Origin: Bacteroidota bacterium
GTDB taxonomy: Bacteria > Bacteroidota > Bacteroidia > NORP154
DNA: 64,000 bases
Assembly (NCBI GenBank): GCA_043811005.1
Contig: JBDRNO010000145.1
Coordinates: 6,008-70,007, forward strand
Direction: 5' to 3'
The first letter of the stretch is position 1; the number at the start of each line of letters is the position of its first letter. Below are positions 20,630-30,742 of this stretch, in pieces. The position numbers and the translations under genes were made by a program. The notes beneath the pieces are model-generated. The model worked only from the letters and a program-made list of their open reading frames with translations, was not told where the DNA came from and did no database searches.

Positions 20630-20859
20630 TGTGATTATTATTTTATTAACGCAAGTTGCCACGTATTACTTTTTGTTTGGCATCAAATTTTCAAACGGGA
20701 CCGTCCGGACAGCCCAACATTCATGAACCGTCCAAGAACGAGTACGCATTTTACTCACTTTCAATTGTTTAAATCTTTATTATTTTAAGGTATAATATTT
20801 AATCATCAGTTACTAATTTCGATGTAAAATTATGGATTTATGAAATTTATACTGAAGAA

Positions 20860-22500
20860 ATGAGACGTTTTAAAATTACCTTGCTTCTATTACTGTTAAG
20901 TATTAATCTCTACATACCTATCGCATATTCTCAAATATTGAATAAAGACGGTACAATTGACTGTACTTCCCCAACAGAGATAACGATAACTTCAGATACG
21001 ACAATAATAACATCCAGCGGGGATTATGATTACTATAAACATTCAGCTAATCAGGTAATATTTTATAAGGAGAGCGATAAATATACATTTTGGTATAAGT
21101 TAATAATACAAGGTGATTGCAGGCTGACTTTTGATATATTTCCAACAGATCCAAACGATATTTACAATTTTTTTCTTTACAAGTATGAGGGGGACAATTT
21201 TTGCCATGGAATAATTAATAAAAACATATTGCCGGTGAGGGCAAATCTTTTCAGGAATAAAATAAACATGACCGGTACCGGTTTGACATCAACCCCTTCC
21301 ACCAGAGATGGCTTGCGGGATGAACAGGGACAGTACAATGATGCCGAAACTTTACGAACGGATGGCATAAGCTATTTTTATCACAGTTCTCACCATGAAT
21401 TCATAGATACAAAAGCCGGAGATGTATATTACCTCAATATTTATCATACCCTGGGAGATGACTGCGGGCATTTTTTTTATTTGAAAGCTTGTTCAGGTCC
21501 TGCAAAAATACAAGCAACTCACAAACCGTGTTTTATACCGCCTGATGGGGACATGTCGGCTTATATGGCTATTTCGGAAGAAAGACCATCTGAAGAATCA
21601 ATCCCTGATTTCATCGAGCGTAAGCCCATAGAAAGACCAATTGAAACAAAGTTGCCCGAAAAAGAGATTATGACAGCAATAGAAACAGCAGTAATTAATG
21701 AAGAGGAAAAGCTTGCGCAAAAAAGTTCTCACATTGCCAGCGAACCCTCCCGGACGAATTCCCATTTTGACGAGGTTAAGGATAGTGATTGTGAATTTTA
21801 TACAATAACCGGTTTTATAACGGAGGAGAAAAGGGGCTTTCCTTTAGATGCAGATGTTAAAATAGTTGAAGAAGATACAAAAAAAGAGATCCGGGTAGAA
21901 GTATCACCCAAAACAGGGGAATACACAGCCAAGCTAAAGAAGCATATGAACCATAAATTGATCTTTTCCGCTTTGGGATATATAGAGGATTCGTTGATAA
22001 TAGAATATAACCCGGCAATTGATTTAAGAGGGGGGGGAGAATCAAGTACACGTTACTTGCCGGATCAGGATGGATTTAACATTAAATTACAAAACGTTAA
22101 TTCTGGGGAAAACATTGTTTTGAACAATATATATTTCCACCCCAACACTTCGGTGTTTCGGACTAAATCAGACGTAGAATTAGAACGTTTGTTCAATTTC
22201 ATAAAAATAAATGATCATGCAGTAATTGAGATTCAGGGTTATACAAATGGAGATTATTATATTAAGAAGAGAAAGCAATATGCTCATTTGGGCGATGAAT
22301 GGAATTTCCAGGGAACAGCAAAAAAACTATCCAAATGTAGGGCAGAGGTTGTAAAAAAGTATTTGGTTGAAAAAGGTATTAATGAAGAAAGAATCATTAC
22401 CAGGGGATTTGGAGGAGAAAGAATGATTATTCCCGATCCTGTAAGTTACGTTGAAAGTTTGAAGAATATGAGGGTGGAGATTCTGATTCTGAATATTTAG
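20860..22500 (+). CDS. OmpA-family peptidoglycan-binding domain protein with uncharacterised N-terminal domain
   Basis: Signal peptide; C-terminal LNNIYF, IEIQGYT, LSKCRAEVV, NMRVEI. Confidence 0.85.
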   Translation: MRRFKITLLLLLLSINLYIPIAYSQILNKDGTIDCTSPTEITITSDTTIITSSGDYDYYKHSANQVIFYKESDKYTFWYKLIIQGDCRLTFDIFPTDPNDIYNFFLYKYEGDNFCHGIINKNILPVRANLFRNKINMTGTGLTSTPSTRDGLRDEQGQYNDAETLRTDGISYFYHSSHHEFIDTKAGDVYYLNIYHTLGDDCGHFFYLKACSGPAKIQATHKPCFIPPDGDMSAYMAISEERPSEESIPDFIERKPIERPIETKLPEKEIMTAIETAVINEEEKLAQKSSHIASEPSRTNSHFDEVKDSDCEFYTITGFITEEKRGFPLDADVKIVEEDTKKEIRVEVSPKTGEYTAKLKKHMNHKLIFSALGYIEDSLIIEYNPAIDLRGGGESSTRYLPDQDGFNIKLQNVNSGENIVLNNIYFHPNTSVFRTKSDVELERLFNFIKINDHAVIEIQGYTNGDYYIKKRKQYAHLGDEWNFQGTAKKLSKCRAEVVKKYLVEKGINEERIITRGFGGERMIIPDPVSYVESLKNMRVEILILNI

Positions 22501-22605
22501 GTACTTAAAATATTCTTATTGTCAACAACTTGTCACGTTGCACTTGCGGGGTCGAACAACCCCATAACGTGATGTTCGCCAGTTTGTGGATGAATTTCTA
22601 AGAAC

Positions 22606-24381
22606 CTATTTTTTAGAAGGTTTTTTCCTCATTACTTTTCCCTTTTCTTCTTTTATTTTATCTTCCGGAGAAAAATAGACTTCAGACAGGTCGCGGAGTT
22701 CCATTGCATTGATCGGGAAATTTCTCACATTAAGCTGCAATAGTCTGTAACTTTCATAATAATAAACCGGCATTATAGCGGCATCATCCGTTGCAACCTG
22801 GTCTGCTTGTCTATACAAATCATAGCGTTTTTCTCGATCGATCTCTCTGAGAGCTAAGGAAAACAGTGAGTCGAACTCTTCGCTTTTATATCTGACCGAG
22901 TTAAGATAGGATTTATCACTTAATTTTTCGGGAATATGCGGGCTGTATAACAGGGTGAGGAAGTTTTCAGGATCGGGATAATCGGCAATCCATCCTGTGC
23001 GCCAGAAAAGGGCTTTGCCGGTTTCTAAGTTTTCAAGGTGCTGTGCCCATGGCATTACATTTAGTTCAACATTAATATTTAAGTTTTCTTTAAGCATTTT
23101 TTGGATTACTTCAGATATTTGTATATTTTTAGTTCCTCCGCTGTTTAATTGAAGTGTTAGTGTTGGAAATCCGGCTCCATCGGGATAACCAGCTTCACCA
23201 AGAAGAAACCTGGCTTTACTGGCGTCAAATTTATACCCCCTAATAAGGTCATATTTATAATCACTAAATGCAGGAGGAACAATTCCATAGATACCCGGTC
23301 TTCCCTCTCCCTGCAAGGTATAAGTTACTAAGTTTTCCTTGTCAATAGCATAATTAAATGCCTGGCGAACAAGTTTATTGCTGAACAACTCACTTTTATG
23401 CTGAAAGCCGTAATAAAAAATACCGAGAGCAGGGGTTACCTGTAATTCAAAGTTTACACCTTGCTCCGATGCGTCCTCGAGTGCGCTCATAACCTCATCA
23501 ATCATTTCAAACGGCAATTCGAATACCATGTCCAGATTACTTTTCCTGAACTCTAAAAGCTCTGATTTTTTTTCTTTAAGAAAAGTAAATTTTATTGCTT
23601 CTAAAAAGGGTATTTTGTTTCCATATTCATCAACTCTCCAATAGTCGTCATTCCTAATCAGTATAACGGCTTCGCCTTCCTTGACAGTTTTAATTTTGAA
23701 AGGACCGGTTCCAACGCATTTGACCCTCATCTCTATTCCGTATTTCTCAACAGCTTCTTCCGGGAACACCCAGCAAAAAGGAGTAGCCAGAATTTGCAGA
23801 AAACCGGCAAAAGAATAGTTCAAATTCAACTGTATAGTATAGTCATCAATAACTTTAATCCCTTTTACTCCTTCTTGAAGAGGATTGCCTTCAACGGTTG
23901 AATTGAAGTATTCCTCGGCACCAACAAGCCTCTCCCGGATGAACTTAAAACCTTGGTTTTGAGGGTCGGAAGTACATAGTTTTGTAAAACAGTATTTGAA
24001 ATCCCGGGCTGTCACTTCCCTGCCTTTCCCTCCTGGAAAGCATGGGTCGTCATGAAATTTAATGCCTCTTCTTAAATGGAAGATAAATGATGTTGCTTCA
24101 TCATTTATCTCCCAACGTTCAGCTATGGAAGGAATAATGCTCAGGTTTTTTTGTGAAAGCTTAACCAATCCTTCATAGATTTGGTGGGTAATTCGGTGGC
24201 CAACTACTTCAGTAATATTTAAGGGATATAAAGTTCTAAAATCCTGAACTTCGTTCATCCTGAAAACGCCACCATAATATATCCCTCCTTTTCCCTTTGT
24301 AGCATAGTCTTTTTCTTTGTCTGGGGTGCAAGACCATAAGAGGCAGATACTTATCAATGATAGAGAAATTAATCTTTTCAT
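22606..24381 (-). CDS. ABC transporter substrate-binding lipoprotein, family 5 (peptide/nickel)
   Basis: Lipobox LWSC, IYEGLV, GTGPF, VRQAFNYAID, WIADYPDP. Confidence 0.92.
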   Translation of the reverse strand: MKRLISLSLISICLLWSCTPDKEKDYATKGKGGIYYGGVFRMNEVQDFRTLYPLNITEVVGHRITHQIYEGLVKLSQKNLSIIPSIAERWEINDEATSFIFHLRRGIKFHDDPCFPGGKGREVTARDFKYCFTKLCTSDPQNQGFKFIRERLVGAEEYFNSTVEGNPLQEGVKGIKVIDDYTIQLNLNYSFAGFLQILATPFCWVFPEEAVEKYGIEMRVKCVGTGPFKIKTVKEGEAVILIRNDDYWRVDEYGNKIPFLEAIKFTFLKEKKSELLEFRKSNLDMVFELPFEMIDEVMSALEDASEQGVNFELQVTPALGIFYYGFQHKSELFSNKLVRQAFNYAIDKENLVTYTLQGEGRPGIYGIVPPAFSDYKYDLIRGYKFDASKARFLLGEAGYPDGAGFPTLTLQLNSGGTKNIQISEVIQKMLKENLNINVELNVMPWAQHLENLETGKALFWRTGWIADYPDPENFLTLLYSPHIPEKLSDKSYLNSVRYKSEEFDSLFSLALREIDREKRYDLYRQADQVATDDAAIMPVYYYESYRLLQLNVRNFPINAMELRDLSEVYFSPEDKIKEEKGKVMRKKPSKK

Positions 24382-24683
24382 ATTACAAATGCTTAATAAT
24401 TAACGGTTTAAATTCGCTAGCAATCTGCAAAGATATGTATTAAAAACAAATATCATAAAAAAAAATTGTATATAAAGTTCTACATTAAATTCCGATACGA
24501 TCAATTATTGTATGATAAAATTGTTGACATTTTTATGGTCTGCTTGCAAATGTATTGTTTTTTTGAGTCTTGCAGGCGAACAAAAACATATTTTATACGT
24601 TATTATTGTGTAAAACGTTATAGTTTTAGTCTTTTTATTTTTTATTATCGTTAATGGCACATCATTTTTAACACAAATGCTTA

Positions 24684-27600
24684 ATGCTCAACTTAATGGC
24701 ATTTGAAAAAAAAAAGCGTCAAAGTAACCTTGACACGACACTGGTTGCCGGTATCCTGTCAAAAGTATTACTTATCGCGTTATTCATACTCTTTCCTTTT
24801 TTTCTTTACTCTCAGGAATTAAGCAATCTTCGCGTAAAAGAGATTTTTACACTATCGGATACTGTCAAAATTGACACATTGAGCATTATTGCCAACTCAA
24901 TTTCTATAGTTGATGCCAATGGAAAAGGAATTGATACTACATGCTATACAATTGATTATATAAATGCAACATTGGTTTGGAAGGATAAATTCAAAATTCA
25001 AGATTCAATTATTATTTTTTACAGGGTGTTTCCCTATCCTTTTTTCAAATCCTTCAAACAAAAAGATATTAAGAGGATAGAACCCGACAGGTCTGGAATG
25101 ATAAACCCGTTTGTTTATACTTATGATAAGTCAAAGAGAGATATTTTTAAGTTTGAAGGATTAAACAAAAGCGGTAGTATTTCTAGGGGCATTTCTTTTG
25201 GGAACAACCAGGACGTGATCGTCAGCTCGAGTCTCGATCTGCGGTTATCAGGCATGTTAAGCGAGAACATTAATATTCTTGCAGCAATAACAGATGACAA
25301 TATCCCCATACAGCCCGAGGGTAATACCCAACAAATTCAGGAATTCGACAAAGTTTTTATTCAATTGTCAAACCAAAGCTCAAAACTCATTGCCGGTGAT
25401 TTTGAACTGGAAAAACCCGAAAGCTATTTTATGAACTTCTATAAAAAAGCACAGGGAGTAAGTTTCGCGACCCTCATTAATACCGGAAAACCAAGCGATA
25501 ATTTGTCCAAAACAGATATTAGTCAGACTGGTAAATTAAAAATATCTACCAGCGCAGCTATTTCGAAAGGTAAATATGCCAGGTATCCTTTTACCGGAAT
25601 GGAAAGCAATCAGGGTCCATATAAACTCAAAGGAAGCGAGGATGAAACGTTTATAATTGTATTGTCAGGGACCGAAAAAGTTTATTTAGACGGTGAGTTG
25701 TTAACCAGGGGGCAGGAAAACGATTACGTAATTGACTACAATACTGCCGAAATCACTTTTACTCCAAAACGCTTAATAACAAAAGACAAACGGGTTATTG
25801 TTGAGTTCCAGTATTCGGAGAAGAATTATACAAGATCTTTGCTTTTTGCGGGAGGCGATTTGGAGAAAAACAAGCTGAAATTAAGATTTAATGTCTATTC
25901 TGAGCAGGATGCTAAAAACCAGCCATTGTTGCAGGAGTTAACCGATGAACAGAAAAAGCTGCTGGGCAACATCGGGGATAATCTCAATAAAGCAGTCTCT
26001 CCAATGATCGATAGTGTTGGATATATAAATGACAGGGTCCTGTATAAAAAAACAGACTCATTAGGATACGACTCGGTTTTTGTTTATTCTCCTGATAGCG
26101 GAGTGTATCAGCTGGGATTTTCGGATGTGGGTCAAGGTAATGGAAATTATGATAGGAATAATGAAACTACTGCCAACGGCAGAGTCTTCAGGTGGGTTGC
26201 TCCTGATACTGTTAGTGGAAATATAATCCCCAAAGGAAAGTATGAGCCTGTTATTCTGCTTATCACGCCGAAGAAGAAACAGTTAATAACATTTAGTGGA
26301 GATTACGATTTTTCCAAACGGACAAAAGCATCCTTTGAGATTGCGGCAAGCAATAATGACATCAATACTTTTTCCGGCAAAGATCAAGGTAATGATGCCG
26401 GTTATGCCTTTAAAATTAATTTTCAGAACACCCTTCCATTAGTTCCGGCAGGTCAGGAAGAAAGACCATGGATTCTTAGGTCAATAGTGAGCTATGAGCA
26501 AGTTTACAAACATTTTTCTTCTATTGAGCGTTACCGGGGTGTTGAGTTTGAAAGAGACTGGAATTTAGGTGACATAACAGAGAATGAATATATTTCCGGG
26601 CTTGATCTGTTACTGACCAGGAAAAAGACCGGTATAATTAACTATCAGTTTAAATCTTTTATAAAGGGTGATGAATACAATGCATTCAGGAATCAGGCGA
26701 AACTCAACCTGAATAAGCATGGCTTTCAGTTAATCTTCAATGGCAGCTTACTTCAGACCTCAACTTCCGTGAATAATACTCAATTTATCAGGTCTAAAGC
26801 AAGTTTCTCAAAAAAGTTCAAGTGGTTTACTGTTGGTGTAAATGAAGAGCAGGAAAGGAATAGCTTTAAAGACATTTCAACTGATACCCTCCAGGCAAAT
26901 AGCTTTGAGTTTTACGAATGTGGCGCTTTCATAAATAATGCAGATACCGCGGCTTATAAATTCACGCTAAACTATAAACAGAGAACCGATCTTGCGCCTT
27001 TAAACGACCGTTTTAACAAGTCTGCTATTGGTGAAAGCGTGAATTTTGCCGTTGATATCCTTAAAAATCCCAATAGCCGCTTTAAAGGAGGCGTTACATA
27101 CAGGGAACTTTCTATTGTTGACGACAATCTCACGGAAAACAAACCAGACAACTCATTGATCAGCCGTTTAGAATATACATTAAAGTTATTGAAAGGAACT
27201 ATTACATCCAGCACTTTTTATGAGATCGGCTCAGGGATGGAAGTAAAAAAGGAGTATTTATTCGTTAAAGTAGCGGCAGGACAAGGACTTTATGAATGGA
27301 TTGACAGGGATTCCAATAATATTGAAATTTTGGATGAATTTGAAGAAGCGGTATTTCAGGATAGAGCAGAATATATCAAGGTTTATACTCCAACCAATGA
27401 ATACATCAAAACCTACACAAACCTTTTTAACGAGGTGCTTTATATAAAACCGTCAATTATATGGCGCGGTAAGAAGGGCATAAGAAAATTCATTGGCAGG
27501 TTTTCAAATCAAGCGGCTTACAGAATTGACCGGAAAACCACTGACGATGATCTGTTATCGTCATACAATCCTTTTTTTGCTGAAACCGCGGACAGCAATT

Positions 27601-28304
27601 TACAAACTCTAAATTTTTCATTTAGAAATATTTTGTATTTTAATAGAACAAATCCAAAATTCGGAGCGGATATAACTTATCAGAATATTAAAAATAAAAT
27701 GTTATTGGTAAATGGCTATGACTCCAGGGTGGATAGCGCTTACAGTATTCGTTTCAGGTGGAACATGAGCAGAAATGTCACTTTAAATATTATTTACAAA
27801 AGAGGGGAAAAGAAAAACGCGTCTGAGCTTTTCCGATCAAAGAATTATAAGATATCTTATTATGAAACCGAGCCCAAATTAACCTACCAGCCCAACGCTA
27901 AGTTCAGGATTAGTCTGCTTTACAAGCTAACTAATAAAGAAAACAAGCCTTCAATATTTTCAACAGAGACTTTAACCGTTCCTTCCGGTGGCGAAACTTC
28001 AATTCATCAAAAGATCGGGATCGAGATCAAACACAATGTGGTATCAAAGGGAAATTTATTGATAAGGGCAGATTACATTAATATCACTTATAAAAATACC
28101 GGTAGTTCCAATGCTTCCCAAAATACCTCGTTGGCTTTTGAAATGCTGGAGGGGCTACAAACCGGGCAAAACATTACATGGAACGCGTCTTACCAAAGAA
28201 GCATTTCAAAACACATGCAGCTAAGTTTTATCTATGACGGGAGAAAATCAGAGGAGATCAACGCGATACATACAGGCAGGGTGCAGTTGAGGGCGTATTT
28301 TTAA
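24684..28304 (+). CDS. Large outer-membrane protein, probable beta-barrel, function unknown
   Basis: Signal peptide, amphipathic beta-strands, terminal VQLRAYF barrel signature. Confidence 0.7.
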   Translation: MLNLMAFEKKKRQSNLDTTLVAGILSKVLLIALFILFPFFLYSQELSNLRVKEIFTLSDTVKIDTLSIIANSISIVDANGKGIDTTCYTIDYINATLVWKDKFKIQDSIIIFYRVFPYPFFKSFKQKDIKRIEPDRSGMINPFVYTYDKSKRDIFKFEGLNKSGSISRGISFGNNQDVIVSSSLDLRLSGMLSENINILAAITDDNIPIQPEGNTQQIQEFDKVFIQLSNQSSKLIAGDFELEKPESYFMNFYKKAQGVSFATLINTGKPSDNLSKTDISQTGKLKISTSAAISKGKYARYPFTGMESNQGPYKLKGSEDETFIIVLSGTEKVYLDGELLTRGQENDYVIDYNTAEITFTPKRLITKDKRVIVEFQYSEKNYTRSLLFAGGDLEKNKLKLRFNVYSEQDAKNQPLLQELTDEQKKLLGNIGDNLNKAVSPMIDSVGYINDRVLYKKTDSLGYDSVFVYSPDSGVYQLGFSDVGQGNGNYDRNNETTANGRVFRWVAPDTVSGNIIPKGKYEPVILLITPKKKQLITFSGDYDFSKRTKASFEIAASNNDINTFSGKDQGNDAGYAFKINFQNTLPLVPAGQEERPWILRSIVSYEQVYKHFSSIERYRGVEFERDWNLGDITENEYISGLDLLLTRKKTGIINYQFKSFIKGDEYNAFRNQAKLNLNKHGFQLIFNGSLLQTSTSVNNTQFIRSKASFSKKFKWFTVGVNEEQERNSFKDISTDTLQANSFEFYECGAFINNADTAAYKFTLNYKQRTDLAPLNDRFNKSAIGESVNFAVDILKNPNSRFKGGVTYRELSIVDDNLTENKPDNSLISRLEYTLKLLKGTITSSTFYEIGSGMEVKKEYLFVKVAAGQGLYEWIDRDSNNIEILDEFEEAVFQDRAEYIKVYTPTNEYIKTYTNLFNEVLYIKPSIIWRGKKGIRKFIGRFSNQAAYRIDRKTTDDDLLSSYNPFFAETADSNLQTLNFSFRNILYFNRTNPKFGADITYQNIKNKMLLVNGYDSRVDSAYSIRFRWNMSRNVTLNIIYKRGEKKNASELFRSKNYKISYYETEPKLTYQPNAKFRISLLYKLTNKENKPSIFSTETLTVPSGGETSIHQKIGIEIKHNVVSKGNLLIRADYINITYKNTGSSNASQNTSLAFEMLEGLQTGQNITWNASYQRSISKHMQLSFIYDGRKSEEINAIHTGRVQLRAYF

Positions 28305-28325
28305 AGAAATGATAATATTGTAACG

Positions 28326-29282
28326 TTACTCCAGCTCAAACAAAGTCTCCCCAATATGATCTTTGTCAACAAAAATGTCTGCAGTATATTTTTGCGGTAA
28401 GAACTCCTCTTTTTTAGAAAAGTAGATGCACAGATCAATTTCCTGGTTCTGATAGTCTATTGTTTTTATAGCGCTGTATACGATCTCTTTTTCGATATTT
28501 TGTTCTTTATCATTATATAAAAATACGTTGGTACTATCACCACCTTTTGGGAAAACATCGCCATTTTTATCAGCCACACGAATATAAACATTTTTAGTCC
28601 CGCCCCCTGCAATTGTATTAGCGCCTATTGTAAAGCATATTTTTATTTTTTCAACCTTTCGCGCCCTGTTCTCTTCTTTTTCTTTTTTTCCCCCTGACTT
28701 GAAGCGTATTCCTTTTGCAAACATGTTATATGCTTTTAGCAGCGAACCCAATTCTACTTTTTCATTTAGGTGCGCCTTCTCCTTGATCAATTCTTTGGTC
28801 TTTACTTTCTCTTTTCCCAGATCGCTTTCAACCTGAAGTTTTTCTTCGCTGAGAACCGTGATAGTTGTGCCTAAAGAATCTATCTCCCGGAGATATCCTT
28901 TCAGAAGATTTCTGAGGGTTTGTGATTGTTTTTTATACTTCCACAGTAATTCCGAATCGGTTTTTAATTTTTTGATCTGCCCGAGCATCTCTTTTATTTT
29001 TGCTTTTTCCACACTTAGCTGATGCCCCAACTCTACGTTATCAACATTTAGCTTTTCGTATTCTACCAACAGATCATTCAATTCAAGCTGAACAGCTTCT
29101 TTATCAGTTTTTTCTTTTTCGGTAATTGATTTTTGCTCAAGAAACTGCCATCCCAAAATTGCAGCGACAATAAATAAAACAGCAACAATAATTGAGAATA
29201 ATATATTTGCAAATTTTCCCCTTTTATCCTTTTTGGGCGCTTGTTCCTTATGTTCTTCTTTTTGTTCCATAATAGGTTGCAA
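28326..29282 (-). CDS. Membrane-anchored coiled-coil protein with beta-rich C-terminal domain
   Basis: Single N-terminal TM helix, heptad-rich middle; start may be ATG 29270. Confidence 0.7.
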   Translation of the reverse strand: MQPIMEQKEEHKEQAPKKDKRGKFANILFSIIVAVLFIVAAILGWQFLEQKSITEKEKTDKEAVQLELNDLLVEYEKLNVDNVELGHQLSVEKAKIKEMLGQIKKLKTDSELLWKYKKQSQTLRNLLKGYLREIDSLGTTITVLSEEKLQVESDLGKEKVKTKELIKEKAHLNEKVELGSLLKAYNMFAKGIRFKSGGKKEKEENRARKVEKIKICFTIGANTIAGGGTKNVYIRVADKNGDVFPKGGDSTNVFLYNDKEQNIEKEIVYSAIKTIDYQNQEIDLCIYFSKKEEFLPQKYTADIFVDKDHIGETLFELE

Positions 29283-29316
29283 ATTTAATTTATAGGTATC
29301 GGAAATTCAATATTTT

Positions 29317-29439
29317 GCCACTAATTACACGAATTAACACTAATAATTATTGTTTTTTACAACTTAATTTTTCAAAAAATATATTTTGTGAGAATTAGTG
29401 AGAATTAATGTAATTAGTGGCATCCGCCAGCTGGCGGAT
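29317..29439. repeat. Inverted nonamer arrays (CACTAATT/AATTAGTG) abutting an 18-bp perfect palindrome
   Basis: gccactaattacacgaattaacactaat ... gtgagaattagtgagaattaatgtaattagtggc, then atccgccagctggcggat (29422-29439); related unit near 29589-29636. Confidence 0.8.
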
Positions 29440-29690
29440 TAATAAATTTACGAAGTTATGTTCTTTTTAAGTCATAAAGAAAACGTAAAAAAGTGTAATT
29501 TCGCATAATTTTGTGTTTTTTTCTGAATTTCATAAACAAACACAAATTGGTGCCTGGCTCTAAAGCCATTTATCAAAATGATAAAAAATCACAAATTACA
29601 CGAATAAATTGGTGAAAATTAGTGAAATTCGTGGCGAATAAAGATATTGGAAACAACCACTAATTAGATAGAATTTACATTATATTAAAA

Positions 29691-30374
29691 ATGCTCAGGG
29701 ACTTCATTTCTCTTATATATCCTCATATATGCATGTCATGCGGAAAGAGTCTTTTCAGGAAGGAAGCATGTATATGTACTTATTGTAAATATCATTTACC
29801 CAGAACCAACTTTCATCTTGTAGAAGAAAATCCCATAAGCCGTTTGTTTTGGGGAAAAGTTAATATTAACACCGCTGCTTCGTACTATCATTTTAATAAA
29901 GGGAGCAAAGTACAGCGATTAATACATCGGTTTAAATATAACGGACAAAAAGAAATTGGCATAGCAATCGGAGAATTTTATGGCAACGAACTTAGAGACT
30001 CTCCGCTATTTAATAATATTGATACGATAATTCCCGTCCCTCTTCACCAAAATAAGAAAAGGAAAAGGGGCTATAACCAAAGTGAATTTTTTGCCGGTGG
30101 GCTGGCAAAAAGTATGGGGGTCAAGCTTGATTCGGAGATACTTTTTCGCTCTTTTGATTCCAAAACACAAACCCGAAAGACCAGGTTTGAAAGGTGGAGG
30201 AATGTTGAAGCCATTTTTCAACTCAAAGAAAAGGATTCATTAAAGGGAAAGCATATATTGCTGGTTGATGATGTTTTAACAACCGGTTCTACCCTCGAAG
30301 CCTGTGCGCATGCTTTACTTGAAGTTCCCGGAACCAAAGTGAGTATTGTAACAATGGCGTTTGCTTCAAACTAG
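29691..30374 (+). CDS. comF: ComF family protein (double zinc ribbon + phosphoribosyltransferase)
   Basis: Two CxxC pairs, PVPLH, RGYNQ, LLVDDVLTTGST. Confidence 0.9.
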   Translation: MLRDFISLIYPHICMSCGKSLFRKEACICTYCKYHLPRTNFHLVEENPISRLFWGKVNINTAASYYHFNKGSKVQRLIHRFKYNGQKEIGIAIGEFYGNELRDSPLFNNIDTIIPVPLHQNKKRKRGYNQSEFFAGGLAKSMGVKLDSEILFRSFDSKTQTRKTRFERWRNVEAIFQLKEKDSLKGKHILLVDDVLTTGSTLEACAHALLEVPGTKVSIVTMAFASN

Positions 30375-30382
30375 TGTTATGG

Positions 30383-30676
30383 CCTGCCAGAGTTCGCAGA
30401 ACCTGGCAGGGTATGTTTGCCTTCAAAACCAAACACCGCTAAGAACTATTCATCCTGAACCCCCGACATTTATATCCATTTAGCGTGCTTTAATAAATAG
30501 TTTCCGATAAATTATAATAACGCTCAACTGATATTGACACTTGTGTCAGGGGTGAAGAATCTGCCAGATATTTGCACCTACCCTTCAAAAAGTATTTTGC
30601 CTGAGACGTCACGGCTATCCGGGAGATCCCTCGCGGAGTTTACACTGAGCGAAGCGAATGTGCTCGGGATGACAAT
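30383..30676. repeat. Cluster of REP-like palindromes
   Basis: cctgccagagttcgcagaacctggcagg; ccccgaca..tgtcagggg; gagatccctcgcggagtttacactgagcgaagcgaatgtgctcgggatgaca. Confidence 0.65.
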
Positions 30677-30742
30677 TTTATTTAAAGAAGTCAGTAATAA
30701 TATAGGTAGCGAAAATGTTTAATGTTTTATTACTTTTGAAGT

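Noticed and set aside
20676-20693. Sigma-54 promoter-like TTGGCATCAAATTTTCA
   Set aside because: Lacks the -12 GC dinucleotide; too weak to call
22533-22573. Imperfect hairpin as a riboswitch or ncRNA
   Set aside because: Lies between convergent 3' ends with no recognisable family motif; more likely a terminator or decayed repeat
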